DNA of 64,000 nt from an uncultured Bacilli bacterium (GCA_934096945.1 CAKOND010000001.1:72048-136047), one strand, 5' to 3'. Counted from the stretch's first letter, positions 18,192 through 27,058 are shown. The notes: a model not told the origin generated them from the sequence alone. Made by a program: numbers and translations.

Positions 18192-19688
18192 TTAATTTAT
18201 CAAAATCGGATCAGATTTAGTTCCAGATCCTCCGGCATAGGTTACAGAAGACAAAAGACTGAAGGACGGACGAACCTCATATGAAGCCATCACGCGGTCG
18301 AAACTCAAATTGCCAAAGGTAATCACACAAGACTCATTATCCGAAGCGCCCGCCATACGGGAAATTGTCCATTCAAATGAGCCTATATATAACCAATTTA
18401 TGGTTTTTATTGCTACTCCATTGTCATCGTTTCCATCATAATTATTTAATGTTTTTGACCATGCACTTGGGGCTGCAGCAAATCCATAATCATTTGCATA
18501 CATTAAACCTATTTTCGCACTATATTCTGTTTCTCCAGTTGTTGAATAATCACCTGGATCAGGATTTACTATTTCATTTTGATAAGCTGTTGCTGGAACA
18601 GCATTTCCTACGTTTGCCCATTCATTTCCTCCGACTTTCCATGTTGTTGTTGCTATTTTGTTCGTTAGTGTTCCTAAACTTGGTAAATATGTTTCTTTTA
18701 AATATGTATTTAAACTTGATGTTGACCATGTATTTGATCCATTACTGTCCCATGCCATATATCCTCCTATTGGCTTTGCTCTAATTACTTTCACTTGGTC
18801 TCCAAATAATCCAATTATTCTGAATAGATTTGCATCTGGACATGGAATTGTATTTGTTCCTAAACATATAAAATTATTTACTGCATCACTAGCGCCTGCA
18901 TATCTATATGAGCCATCATTTATGCCATTTGCAAGTGTTCCATCATGATGATATAAATTTGTAAATTTTAAATTTCCAATATCTCCTAAAGTTATTAAAC
19001 AATTGACTAAATTATTATTACTAGAACACACATCAGAAATAAAAGCTTTTATTTGTTCCTTTTGTATCATTACATTTGCACTCATACTTTTACCTGCATT
19101 TGCATTTTGATTTTCATCATAGTTTACAAATGTTATTGTTATATTCCATTTTTCTTCTTTACTTGAAGTTGTTGTTATTTCTCTATTATTAAATAGTGTT
19201 ATAAGTCCTGATTTATTTGTTATATCATATCCTGATACTTGAGTATTATTTGCTCCGGTTACTATGACATGATTAAGTGTACTTATATCTGTTACTTCTG
19301 TTCCACTACTATCCTTTACTGTCATTATTATTTCTGGTGTATTTTCATCTATTGAATGTGTAAATGTATTATTTTCTATATTCAAATACAAATAATAATG
19401 TTCTGTTGCAGTATTTGTCTTATTATTTGCTGTAAGTTTAGCACTTGCATATGTACTTCCTGTTTGATTACCTGCACCACTTGCAAAGTTATCTTGATTT
19501 ATACTAAATGATATTTGACTACCTGTTGCAAATGTAAATGTATCTACAGTATTAGCATTAATCTTAATATCAGCTGCAGCTGGATCTCCCACTTGGGCAG
19601 TAAAATACGCATATGTTGCTGATATAACTGTAAGAGCGAGTGCAATTATTGCTACTATACCTACTATTTTTGTCTTCTTATTTTCCAT
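18192..19688 (-). CDS. Secreted/surface protein with a TasA/camelysin-like (SipW-substrate-type) signal; intact family member 1
   Basis: N-terminus MENKKTKIVGIVAIIALALTVISATYAYFTAQ, Thr/Asn-rich middle, C-terminal module IGLMYANDYGFAA ... EWTISR ... VRPSFSLLSSVTYAGGSGTKSDPILIN shared with 47480-48688 and the relic at 42223-42414. Confidence 0.75.
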   Translation of the reverse strand: MENKKTKIVGIVAIIALALTVISATYAYFTAQVGDPAAADIKINANTVDTFTFATGSQISFSINQDNFASGAGNQTGSTYASAKLTANNKTNTATEHYYLYLNIENNTFTHSIDENTPEIIMTVKDSSGTEVTDISTLNHVIVTGANNTQVSGYDITNKSGLITLFNNREITTTSSKEEKWNITITFVNYDENQNANAGKSMSANVMIQKEQIKAFISDVCSSNNNLVNCLITLGDIGNLKFTNLYHHDGTLANGINDGSYRYAGASDAVNNFICLGTNTIPCPDANLFRIIGLFGDQVKVIRAKPIGGYMAWDSNGSNTWSTSSLNTYLKETYLPSLGTLTNKIATTTWKVGGNEWANVGNAVPATAYQNEIVNPDPGDYSTTGETEYSAKIGLMYANDYGFAAAPSAWSKTLNNYDGNDDNGVAIKTINWLYIGSFEWTISRMAGASDNESCVITFGNLSFDRVMASYEVRPSFSLLSSVTYAGGSGTKSDPILIN

Positions 19689-19848
19689 AAAATTACTCCA
19701 ATCTTTATTATGTATATCTTATAATAATTTTACTATAAAACATCAAAATAGTAAATAAAAAAATAATACCAATGTAACCATATAACCCATCACACCAATA
19801 TTAAAAACAAAAAATTGCCAGTTAAAAACAAGCAACTTTTCTTTATCC

Positions 19849-21996
19849 CTAACTTTTAGCTCTAACTAAAGCATCATCTTTAGTAATTAATCGAGCATCT
19901 TTATATTTTGCTTTATATGTATCAATTAGCATATCAAGTATTGCCATTCCACTATCTAAAGCACTATTTACTTCTTGAACACTTGTATTAAACATTTGTG
20001 CTATTTCACTTATTGAATGTATTTTACTATCATAAACACCCGTTTTAAGTTCCAAAATCATTCTAATATTTTTAGGAAGTAAACCAATAGCTTCTTTAAA
20101 ATATCTATTGACACTTGATGATTCTTCCAAAAGCTTATCAGCTACTATCTTTATATTTTTTTCATCAATAATATTTTTATTATTTTTTATAGCTATTTGT
20201 TCCTCACATATTCTAATAGCATCATCAAGTAGTTCAATAGCATCATATGATAATAATGCAAAATTACATAAATTAAAACCTTTAAATCCAAAAGTTTTAA
20301 CTAATATATTATAATAATGACTATCTTTAGCAAATAAATTCAAAACCCAATAAGTAGTATCAGCATCACACTTTAAAATATCTTTAAGTGACTTACCACT
20401 CCACTGTTCTTTTACACAAGCTAAATGTTTATCATAAGTTCTAATTAGATCATCAATTATACCAATTAAAATTGATACTTCACTATCCACAAAAATATCT
20501 TCTGCAAAAACTTTATTTAAAGCAACACCAAAATACTTAACAAGTAACTCTTTCTTTTTCATATTAAGACTTCGATAATATTTTAAAACATAAATAGAAT
20601 TTATACCTGTAATTTTTGCTATTGTTTTTCCCTTCAACGGACACTTTCTAAATTTATTTTTATTTTTAAAATTAGAAACAAAACCATAAAACATTAATCT
20701 ACTACTTAAGCTTACATGAGTAAAATCAGCAGGATCTTCTAAATCATTTCCAAATATTTTCATTAATAAATCATCACGTCTTGTAATTTTAAATTTTCTA
20801 AATTCTTCTTCAGTTAATTCAAGTATTTCTTTTAAATACACACCCTCATATTCTTCTTTTCCTTCTTTACATTTTGTATTTAAATTTGGTAATTTTACCT
20901 TCTTACTTACACATCTTTTCATCTTTTTAAACGCTTTATTCTGAATTTGATGCACTCTCGTAGAACTTACTCCAAGACTTTTAGCAACTTGTTCTATACT
21001 TTTAATTTCTCCCTTAAAACCAAAGCGACTCATAATTATCATTTTTTCTCTATCGTCTAAAACACTTAACATTTCTTTTACTATTTCTTTATCTACTTTT
21101 TGAAATAAAGCTTCTTCTGGTGTTAATGTGTCTTTATCTTCAATAATATCTTGCAAAGTTATATCATCATCTTCATACACTTTACGATCAAGTGACAACA
21201 CATCATTATCATATGATAATACAGTTTTTATTTTTTCTTCAGATAAACCCAAAGCATTTGCTAATTCCATATTAGTGGGAAACCTTCCTAAAACCAGAAG
21301 CATTTTACTTCTTTCTTCTCTAATTGCATTTAAAACCTTTACATAATTTGGTGATTTTACAATTAAACTACTATTAGCATCTATAGCATTTTTCATCTTT
21401 CTTTGAATAGCAACATAAGCATACGTACTAAAACTAGTATTTAAAGATAAGTCATAGTGCATTATTGCTCTCATTAAACCTAAACTTCCTTCTTGAATTA
21501 AATCAAGTAAATCAAGTCCAAGATGAGCATATCTATTAGCAACAAATGCCACAAGATGTAAATTACCTATAAGAACTTTATCACGATAATAACACATCTT
21601 TACTTCATCTTTAGTAACATTATTATGATACTGACAAAGTTCAATATATTTAATAGTTTCTTCTCTACTTAAAATAGGCATTTGTTTTAAATCACTAAAA
21701 AATAAATCATATGCACTCATCCCACTAGTTTGATTATCTACTTTAGTATTAATAGCTTGTAATTCTGCATATCTAATTAACACTAAACTATCTTCTTCAT
21801 TATAAGCATCAATTATTTTTTCCAATGTATTTTCTTTACTCATTATTACTTCAAAATAGCCATTTATAATAGAACTTTCCCCAATTACTTTTCTAAAATC
21901 TTCATCACTTAGATCCTTAAGCATCGCTAAAGAAAATGTTTTATTATTAATACAATTTTCCCAATTAATTATACTACTTCTTAAATTATTACTCAT
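19849..21996 (-). CDS. Sigma-70-family RNA polymerase sigma factor with ~95-aa N-terminal and ~350-aa repeat-containing C-terminal extensions
   Basis: Region 2 LIGNLHLVAFVANRY ... DLIQEGSLGLMRAIMHYD, region 3 FPTNMELANALGLSEEKI, region 4 REKMIIMSRFGFKGEIKSIEQVAKSLGVSSTRVHQIQNKAFKKM, then 350 more residues. The ATG at 21996 follows a GGGGG RBS. Confidence 0.8.
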   Translation of the reverse strand: MSNNLRSSIINWENCINNKTFSLAMLKDLSDEDFRKVIGESSIINGYFEVIMSKENTLEKIIDAYNEEDSLVLIRYAELQAINTKVDNQTSGMSAYDLFFSDLKQMPILSREETIKYIELCQYHNNVTKDEVKMCYYRDKVLIGNLHLVAFVANRYAHLGLDLLDLIQEGSLGLMRAIMHYDLSLNTSFSTYAYVAIQRKMKNAIDANSSLIVKSPNYVKVLNAIREERSKMLLVLGRFPTNMELANALGLSEEKIKTVLSYDNDVLSLDRKVYEDDDITLQDIIEDKDTLTPEEALFQKVDKEIVKEMLSVLDDREKMIIMSRFGFKGEIKSIEQVAKSLGVSSTRVHQIQNKAFKKMKRCVSKKVKLPNLNTKCKEGKEEYEGVYLKEILELTEEEFRKFKITRRDDLLMKIFGNDLEDPADFTHVSLSSRLMFYGFVSNFKNKNKFRKCPLKGKTIAKITGINSIYVLKYYRSLNMKKKELLVKYFGVALNKVFAEDIFVDSEVSILIGIIDDLIRTYDKHLACVKEQWSGKSLKDILKCDADTTYWVLNLFAKDSHYYNILVKTFGFKGFNLCNFALLSYDAIELLDDAIRICEEQIAIKNNKNIIDEKNIKIVADKLLEESSSVNRYFKEAIGLLPKNIRMILELKTGVYDSKIHSISEIAQMFNTSVQEVNSALDSGMAILDMLIDTYKAKYKDARLITKDDALVRAKS

Positions 21997-22097
21997 AATA
22001 ACCCCCATTTGTGCTTAATATTTTACCACATTTTTAAAAAAATGCAACAAAAAAAGTCAAATAATTTTGGCCTCTTATAGGTTATTATTCAATAAAT

Positions 22098-22470
22098 TTA
22101 TACTTTTACTAAAAAAGCAACAATGTTATTACCATTAAGTTTAAATGTGATTAGTTTCTTACTATTGTCGACAGTAACTTTTGTAGCCAAAGAGAAACTT
22201 TGATTTTTTTCGTCAAAAATTAATATTTAATAATTTGAAATCATTGAACTCATAAATGTCAAACTCACAGTCACATTAGACATAGATACTTATATCATCA
22301 CCAGTTGTAAAAGTAAATACATCTGTTGTATAGGTTGTTACATTTAAATTGGCTGATGCAGGATTTCCGCCTTGAGCTGTGAAATATGCGAAAGCAGCTC
22401 CAATTAATAACAACACAAATGTTGTTATAGCTACTACACTTAACACTATTGTTTTTTTCTTATTTTCCAT
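22098..22470 (-). pseudogene. Decayed N-terminal copy of the surface-protein family
   Basis: The first 60 aa (MENKKKTIVLSVVAITTFVLLLIGAAFAYFTAQGGNPASANLNVTTYTTDVFTFTTGDDIS) align with 18192-19688. The frame then stops, and downstream sequence is open only in other frames. Confidence 0.65.
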
Positions 22471-22484
22471 AAATTCAATACTCC

Positions 22485-22553
22485 TTATAAGGTATTATTA
22501 ATACCTTATAAATAAATTATATAAAAATCTAACGGGTATTGTAAATACCCGTT
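22485..22553. promoter_or_regulatory. Two perfect inverted repeats in the divergent gap
   Basis: TTATAAGGTATTA-t-TAATACCTTATAA (22485-22511, abuts the AAGGAG RBS of the relic) and AACGGGTAT-tgtaa-ATACCCGTT (22531-22553). Confidence 0.45.
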
Positions 22554-22602
22554 TGGATATATTTACATATATTTCATTTATAATAAAGTTGTGAGGTAAA
22601 AT

Positions 22603-22821
22603 ATGAAATTAAAAGCAAATAAATATGAACACAAAGATATAATGAAAATAGTTAGAGAATGGACAAATAAAACCCAAAAAGAATTTGGTGAAGATGTAAA
22701 AAAATCCAATGAATGGGTAAAAGCCAATGAAACAGGTAAAACTAATTATTATTTTAAAGATTTATTAAATATTTGTAAAAAGAATAACATTGATATAACT
22801 TTTAGCAAAGATGAAAAATGA
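22603..22821 (+). CDS. Small XRE/Cro-like HTH protein
   Basis: 72 aa. TNKTQKEFGEDVKKSNEWVKANETG resembles an HTH_3 core. GAGG RBS, with hairpin TGACTACTTG/CAAGCAGTCA plus a T run after the stop. Confidence 0.55.
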   Translation: MKLKANKYEHKDIMKIVREWTNKTQKEFGEDVKKSNEWVKANETGKTNYYFKDLLNICKKNNIDITFSKDEK

Positions 22822-22851
22822 CTACTTGAAATCACAAGCAGTCATTTTAAT

Positions 22852-24129
22852 TTAATTTTTAATTGACTTTTTAAATCTATCCCAAACTTTATCAGTTGAA
22901 TAATTTAAAATACCATTTTTATATACTTTCAAACCTTTTTTAAGAAGAATATAGATAAATAATATCATTACTATTATTGATATAATAATATCAAGTAAAC
23001 TAACTTCACCGATTATATAAAGTGTTGGTGATAAAAATGCTGATAAGAATGGAACATAAGATAAAACATGTATTAAAGTTGAACCATTAAATAATGATGC
23101 AGATATAGATAAATAATAACCTACAACTGAAATAAGCATAACTGGTGTTTGAAGTTGATTAAAGTCTTCAATATTAACTGTCATAGATGCTAGCACTCCA
23201 GAAAGTATAGCATAAGCTAAAAATGATAAAAGCATAAGAATTAAAGCTGTTGGAACTAAAACAAGCAATTTATCTTTTAATATTGATAAATCTAGATTAC
23301 CAACAAGACTACTAATTAAATCTAAAGCTGAAGTACCAGTTACATACTTATTAATTAATAAACCTATAAAAGCAAAAACAATTAATAAAGCACCTTGAGT
23401 AATAACAAATATATTACTTGCTAAAACTTTAGAAAACAAATGCATTTTAGGACTTACATTAGAAATAATTATTTCCATGCTTCTCGTTGTTTTTTCTTCA
23501 CAAATTTCTCCTCCAACCATTTGGACTAAAAACACAACAAGCATAAAGAACGGAAGAATTAAAGTTGGAAATACACTATTCATAACAATAGTCATATTTT
23601 CAGAAGCACTACCTTGATCACTAAGAATTGTTCTTTCCACTGTAGCGGGACTAGAAATACTAGCAAGAATTTCTGGGCTAACATTTGATTTAATCATACC
23701 AAGGGTACTTTTAGAACTATTTAAACTACTAATAATTATTTGATATAAACCATTATCAATAGTTTCATTACTAATTATTTCACTTTTTAAATATTCTTTA
23801 TCGTCTTCATTTAGAACCACTATTACTTCATTATCTTTTAAATTTTTACTAAGTTCTTCTTTAGAACTTTCTCCACGTTTTATTTCAAGTAATTTATCTT
23901 CATCTAAAGCTTCAATTGTGCCTTTAAACACATCATAAACTCCAGCATTATCAATTGCATATATAGTTAAATTTTCAGAAAAATCTCCTCCAAAGAACTT
24001 AACTATAGAATTAATATTTATAATTGCAATGATAACTAGAGCAAGAATTATATTAGTTGCTACAAACCATTTTGAACCAATTTTCTTTTTTAAACTAACC
24101 TTTGTTAAATACCAAAACTTCTTATTCAT
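22852..24129 (-). CDS. ABC-2-type transporter permease
   Basis: Large extracytoplasmic loop after TM1, then five or more TM helices. The ATG at 24129 overlaps the ATPase stop (ATGAATAA) and follows a GGAGG RBS. Confidence 0.75.
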   Translation of the reverse strand: MNKKFWYLTKVSLKKKIGSKWFVATNIILALVIIAIININSIVKFFGGDFSENLTIYAIDNAGVYDVFKGTIEALDEDKLLEIKRGESSKEELSKNLKDNEVIVVLNEDDKEYLKSEIISNETIDNGLYQIIISSLNSSKSTLGMIKSNVSPEILASISSPATVERTILSDQGSASENMTIVMNSVFPTLILPFFMLVVFLVQMVGGEICEEKTTRSMEIIISNVSPKMHLFSKVLASNIFVITQGALLIVFAFIGLLINKYVTGTSALDLISSLVGNLDLSILKDKLLVLVPTALILMLLSFLAYAILSGVLASMTVNIEDFNQLQTPVMLISVVGYYLSISASLFNGSTLIHVLSYVPFLSAFLSPTLYIIGEVSLLDIIISIIVMILFIYILLKKGLKVYKNGILNYSTDKVWDRFKKSIKN

Positions 24130-25018
24130 TTTTACCTCCGACATAATGGATAAATATTTCATTTAAACTAGCATCTGCCACTACATATTTTGTTATATTA
24201 AAGTTTTTAATAACATCAAATACTTCTTTTGATACACTGGCATCTTTAATATGTACAACATACTCATTTGCTTTTTCTTCGACCTCTTCCACTCCATTTA
24301 TTTTTTCTAGTTTTTCAACAGGAATATTATCACCTTTTATTTGAATATTCTTTTTAGCATAATTTTCTTTTATTTCATTTAAATTACCATTTATAACTGC
24401 TTTACCATGAACTAAAATAATAAGTTCTTCACAAAAGTCTTCAATGTATTCCATTTGGTGTGATGAAAATATAATTGAACATCCCTTTTTTTGTAAATCT
24501 TTAACAGCATCTTTTAATAATCCTACATTTATTGGATCTAAACCTGTAAATGGCTCATCTAATATAAGAAGTTTGGGTTCATTTATAACTGCGGATATAA
24601 ATTGTATTTTTTGTTGATTACCTTTAGAAAGTTCTTTTATCTTTTTAAATTTATAGTTCTTTATTTCAAATCTATCCAACCAATAATCAAGTTTTTTATT
24701 AATTTTTTCTTTATCCATACCTTTCAAAGTACCATAAAACTCAATCATTTCATAAACAGTAAGTTTAGTAAGTAAACTTCGCTCTTCTGTAACAAATCCT
24801 ATCTTATCAGTTTCTTTATAATCGATTTTTTTACCATCTAAAGTGATAGTTCCTTTGTCTGGTTCCAAAAGTCCCATTATCATTCTAAATGTTGTAGTTT
24901 TACCTGCCCCATTTTCACCAAGAAGTCCAAAAATTTTACCATCTTTAACTGTAAAAGATAAATCATCTACAGCAACTAGACTTCCATATGTTTTTCTAAC
25001 ATTTTCTAACTTTAACAT
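24122..25018 (-). CDS. ABC transporter ATP-binding protein
   Basis: GENGAGKTTT Walker A, LSKGNQQKIQ signature and LLILDEPFTGLD. The ATG at 25018 follows a GAGGT RBS. Confidence 0.88.
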   Translation of the reverse strand: MLKLENVRKTYGSLVAVDDLSFTVKDGKIFGLLGENGAGKTTTFRMIMGLLEPDKGTITLDGKKIDYKETDKIGFVTEERSLLTKLTVYEMIEFYGTLKGMDKEKINKKLDYWLDRFEIKNYKFKKIKELSKGNQQKIQFISAVINEPKLLILDEPFTGLDPINVGLLKDAVKDLQKKGCSIIFSSHQMEYIEDFCEELIILVHGKAVINGNLNEIKENYAKKNIQIKGDNIPVEKLEKINGVEEVEEKANEYVVHIKDASVSKEVFDVIKNFNITKYVVADASLNEIFIHYVGGKNE

Positions 25019-25272
25019 ATTAACCTCATTTCTTAACAAAATTATATAACAAATTAATATGAAAATAAAGATATAATTTAGCTTTCATTTCTCAAAAGTA
25101 AAATAAGGGTTCATAATGATTTCTATCAAACGCTGTTATTGCATCATCCATGTTAACTATTTCTTTAAATTGTTCGACATTTAAAACTGATTTTCTATTT
25201 TTAATCGTTTTTTGTATTTGATTGTTTTAATCCATGAAGAATCAAAATAACTTTAAACGCCAATACAAAAAC

Positions 25273-25353
25273 TTATAAATTTAATAAGCCTATACTAGGT
25301 GTTTTAGTTTCAATATAATCATTTATACTTGAATCCAATTCTCTCACAGACAT
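25273..25353 (-). CDS. Candidate 26-aa ORF (MSVRELDSSINDYIETKTPSIGLLNL), possibly the stub of a decayed gene
   Basis: cTGACA-17-TATAAT promoter and GGAGGTG RBS upstream. Downstream sequence is open only in broken frames (for example SVLNVEQFKEIVNMDDAITAFDRNHYEPLFYF). Confidence 0.25.
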   Translation of the reverse strand: MSVRELDSSINDYIETKTPSIGLLNL

Positions 25354-25491
25354 CTTACACCTCCACTAATAACATTATAGCCAAAAAGTTCCTATATGTC
25401 AGTAATATATAAGAAAATTTTCAAAGTACATTTTCTTATCTTTTATATCTTTGACAAACTTACTGATAAATTGTAATGCTTAAACTTATAT

Positions 25492-25607
25492 AAGGAAAAG
25501 ACACTACTTAGGTGTAGCATCCTTCAAAAAACCAAAAATATTGTAGGCACTACCCGCTTTCTCGGGTAACCTTACATTTACATTATACCTAAATTTTATA
25601 TAAATAT
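25492..25607. repeat. Copy B of the ~115-nt dispersed element
   Basis: Aligns with 3155-3270. The hairpin is TACCCG-ctttct-CGGGTA (25551-25568), a compensatory change relative to copy A. Confidence 0.6.
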
Positions 25608-25649
25608 CAATACTTTTTAGCAACTTCAAAAAAAGAGGTTTCCCTCTTT

Positions 25650-25772
25650 TTAATAGAATGCTCCGCCCCAGATTATAGCAAGTAGTATAAATAGTATTAA
25701 AACTATAAATGCATAACTAGCTGTAAAGTTATTTCCTGAAGTAGAATCGCAATCTTTTTTACAACAACTCAT
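25650..25772 (-). CDS. YjcZ-like tiny membrane protein, 40 aa (MSCCKKDCDSTSGNNFTASYAFIVLILFILLAIIWGGAFY)
   Basis: Below the ORF-track cutoff. GGGAGG RBS, FxLIVLLFILLII-type core typical of the sporulation-associated tiny TM family, and an AGAGG/CCTCT terminator after the stop. Confidence 0.65.
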   Translation of the reverse strand: MSCCKKDCDSTSGNNFTASYAFIVLILFILLAIIWGGAFY

Positions 25773-25801
25773 AATTAACCTCCCTTTATATATTTAAAAC
25801 T

Positions 25802-25888
25802 TTAGATAAAAGCCCCTACTATGATGATTAAAAGAATAAATAGTACTAAAATTATAGCAGCACCAAGGCCATTTCCGCAATGATTCAT
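25802..25888 (-). CDS. YjcZ-like tiny membrane protein, 28 aa (MNHCGNGLGAAIILVLFILLIIIVGAFI)
   Basis: AAAGGAGGAAA RBS and the same hydrophobic core, in tandem with the previous ORF. Confidence 0.65.
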   Translation of the reverse strand: MNHCGNGLGAAIILVLFILLIIIVGAFI

Positions 25889-26023
25889 AAAACTTTCCTC
25901 CTTTATTTTGTCTTTTCACTAGTATTCTATGGTATATTTTTCATTGTGTGAGGGCAAAAAAAGCTTAAAAACGTTGTAAAATGCAAAAATAATTGTTATA
26001 ATACCTTTATAAGGAGAGATATT

Positions 26024-27058
26024 ATGAAGAAAAAATTAGTCGCATTATGTGCAATCATGCTACTTGCAAGTGGCTGTGGTAAAGTACCAAAACTAGAAAA
26101 TGGAAAGGAAGCTATCGTTAGTTTTAAAAATGGTGAAAAAATAAGTGTTGATGAGTTTTATGAAAAATTAAAAGATGACATGGGACTTAATACATTAGTA
26201 ACCATGATAGATACTCACATTCTTGAAGAAGAATTTAAAGATTATGTTGATACTGCTAAAGGTAATGCTGAAGCTACAATTAATGCTTTAATTACACAAT
26301 ATGATGGTAAAGATAAATTGCTTTCTGAAATTCAAAGTCAAACAAAATATCAAACAATCGAAGCTTTTCAAGATTATTACTATCTAACATACATGCAAAG
26401 CCATGCAATCGAAGAATATGCTAAAACTAAAATAACTGATAAAGAAATCGAAGAATACTACAAAAATAAATCTATCGGCGATATGGAAATCAGTCATATT
26501 CTAATAACACCTGATGTTAAAGATGGTGCAACAACTGATGAAAAGAAAGTTCAAGAAGAAGCTGCTAAAAAGACTGTAAATGAAATAATTGAAAAATTAA
26601 ATACAGCTAAGAAAAATAAAGAAGACATCACTGAAGCATTTACTAAACTTGCTAAAGAATATTCTAAAGATGATGATACTAAAAATAAAGGTGGTGCTTT
26701 AGGTAAAATCAATTATGGTAAACTAAGTTCAAGCTATGATGAATTAATTAATGCCGCTACTAAATTAAAAGATGGTGAGTATTCAACATCAGTTATTACA
26801 ACAGAACTTGGATACCATGTAATACTTAAAACAAAAAGCTATGAAAAAGATACTTTAGAAAATTTAAAAGAAAGCATACTTAAGACACTTGCAGATGAAT
26901 ATATTAAGGATAATTCCTCATCTGTTGGAATTAATGCATTGCAACACTACAGAAAAGAATACGGCATGGATATTCAAGATGATGAAATCAAAAAACAATA
27001 TTCTAACTATATTCAAAATATGCTAGCATCTATAGCAAGTTCTAACACTACAAAATAA
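26024..27058 (+). CDS. prsA: Foldase lipoprotein PrsA (parvulin-type PPIase)
   Basis: Lipobox LLASGCG, parvulin region EISHILI ... KNKGGALGKI ... GYHVILK, AGGAG RBS and a TTGTAA-17-TATAAT promoter. Confidence 0.85.
   Translation: MKKKLVALCAIMLLASGCGKVPKLENGKEAIVSFKNGEKISVDEFYEKLKDDMGLNTLVTMIDTHILEEEFKDYVDTAKGNAEATINALITQYDGKDKLLSEIQSQTKYQTIEAFQDYYYLTYMQSHAIEEYAKTKITDKEIEEYYKNKSIGDMEISHILITPDVKDGATTDEKKVQEEAAKKTVNEIIEKLNTAKKNKEDITEAFTKLAKEYSKDDDTKNKGGALGKINYGKLSSSYDELINAATKLKDGEYSTSVITTELGYHVILKTKSYEKDTLENLKESILKTLADEYIKDNSSSVGINALQHYRKEYGMDIQDDEIKKQYSNYIQNMLASIASSNTTK

Noticed and set aside
18365-18948. Two plus-strand ORFs (139 and 96 aa) antisense to the 498-aa surface-protein gene
   Set aside because: They have low-complexity Leu/His/Phe composition and no RBS. 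The opposite frame has paralogues elsewhere in the window.
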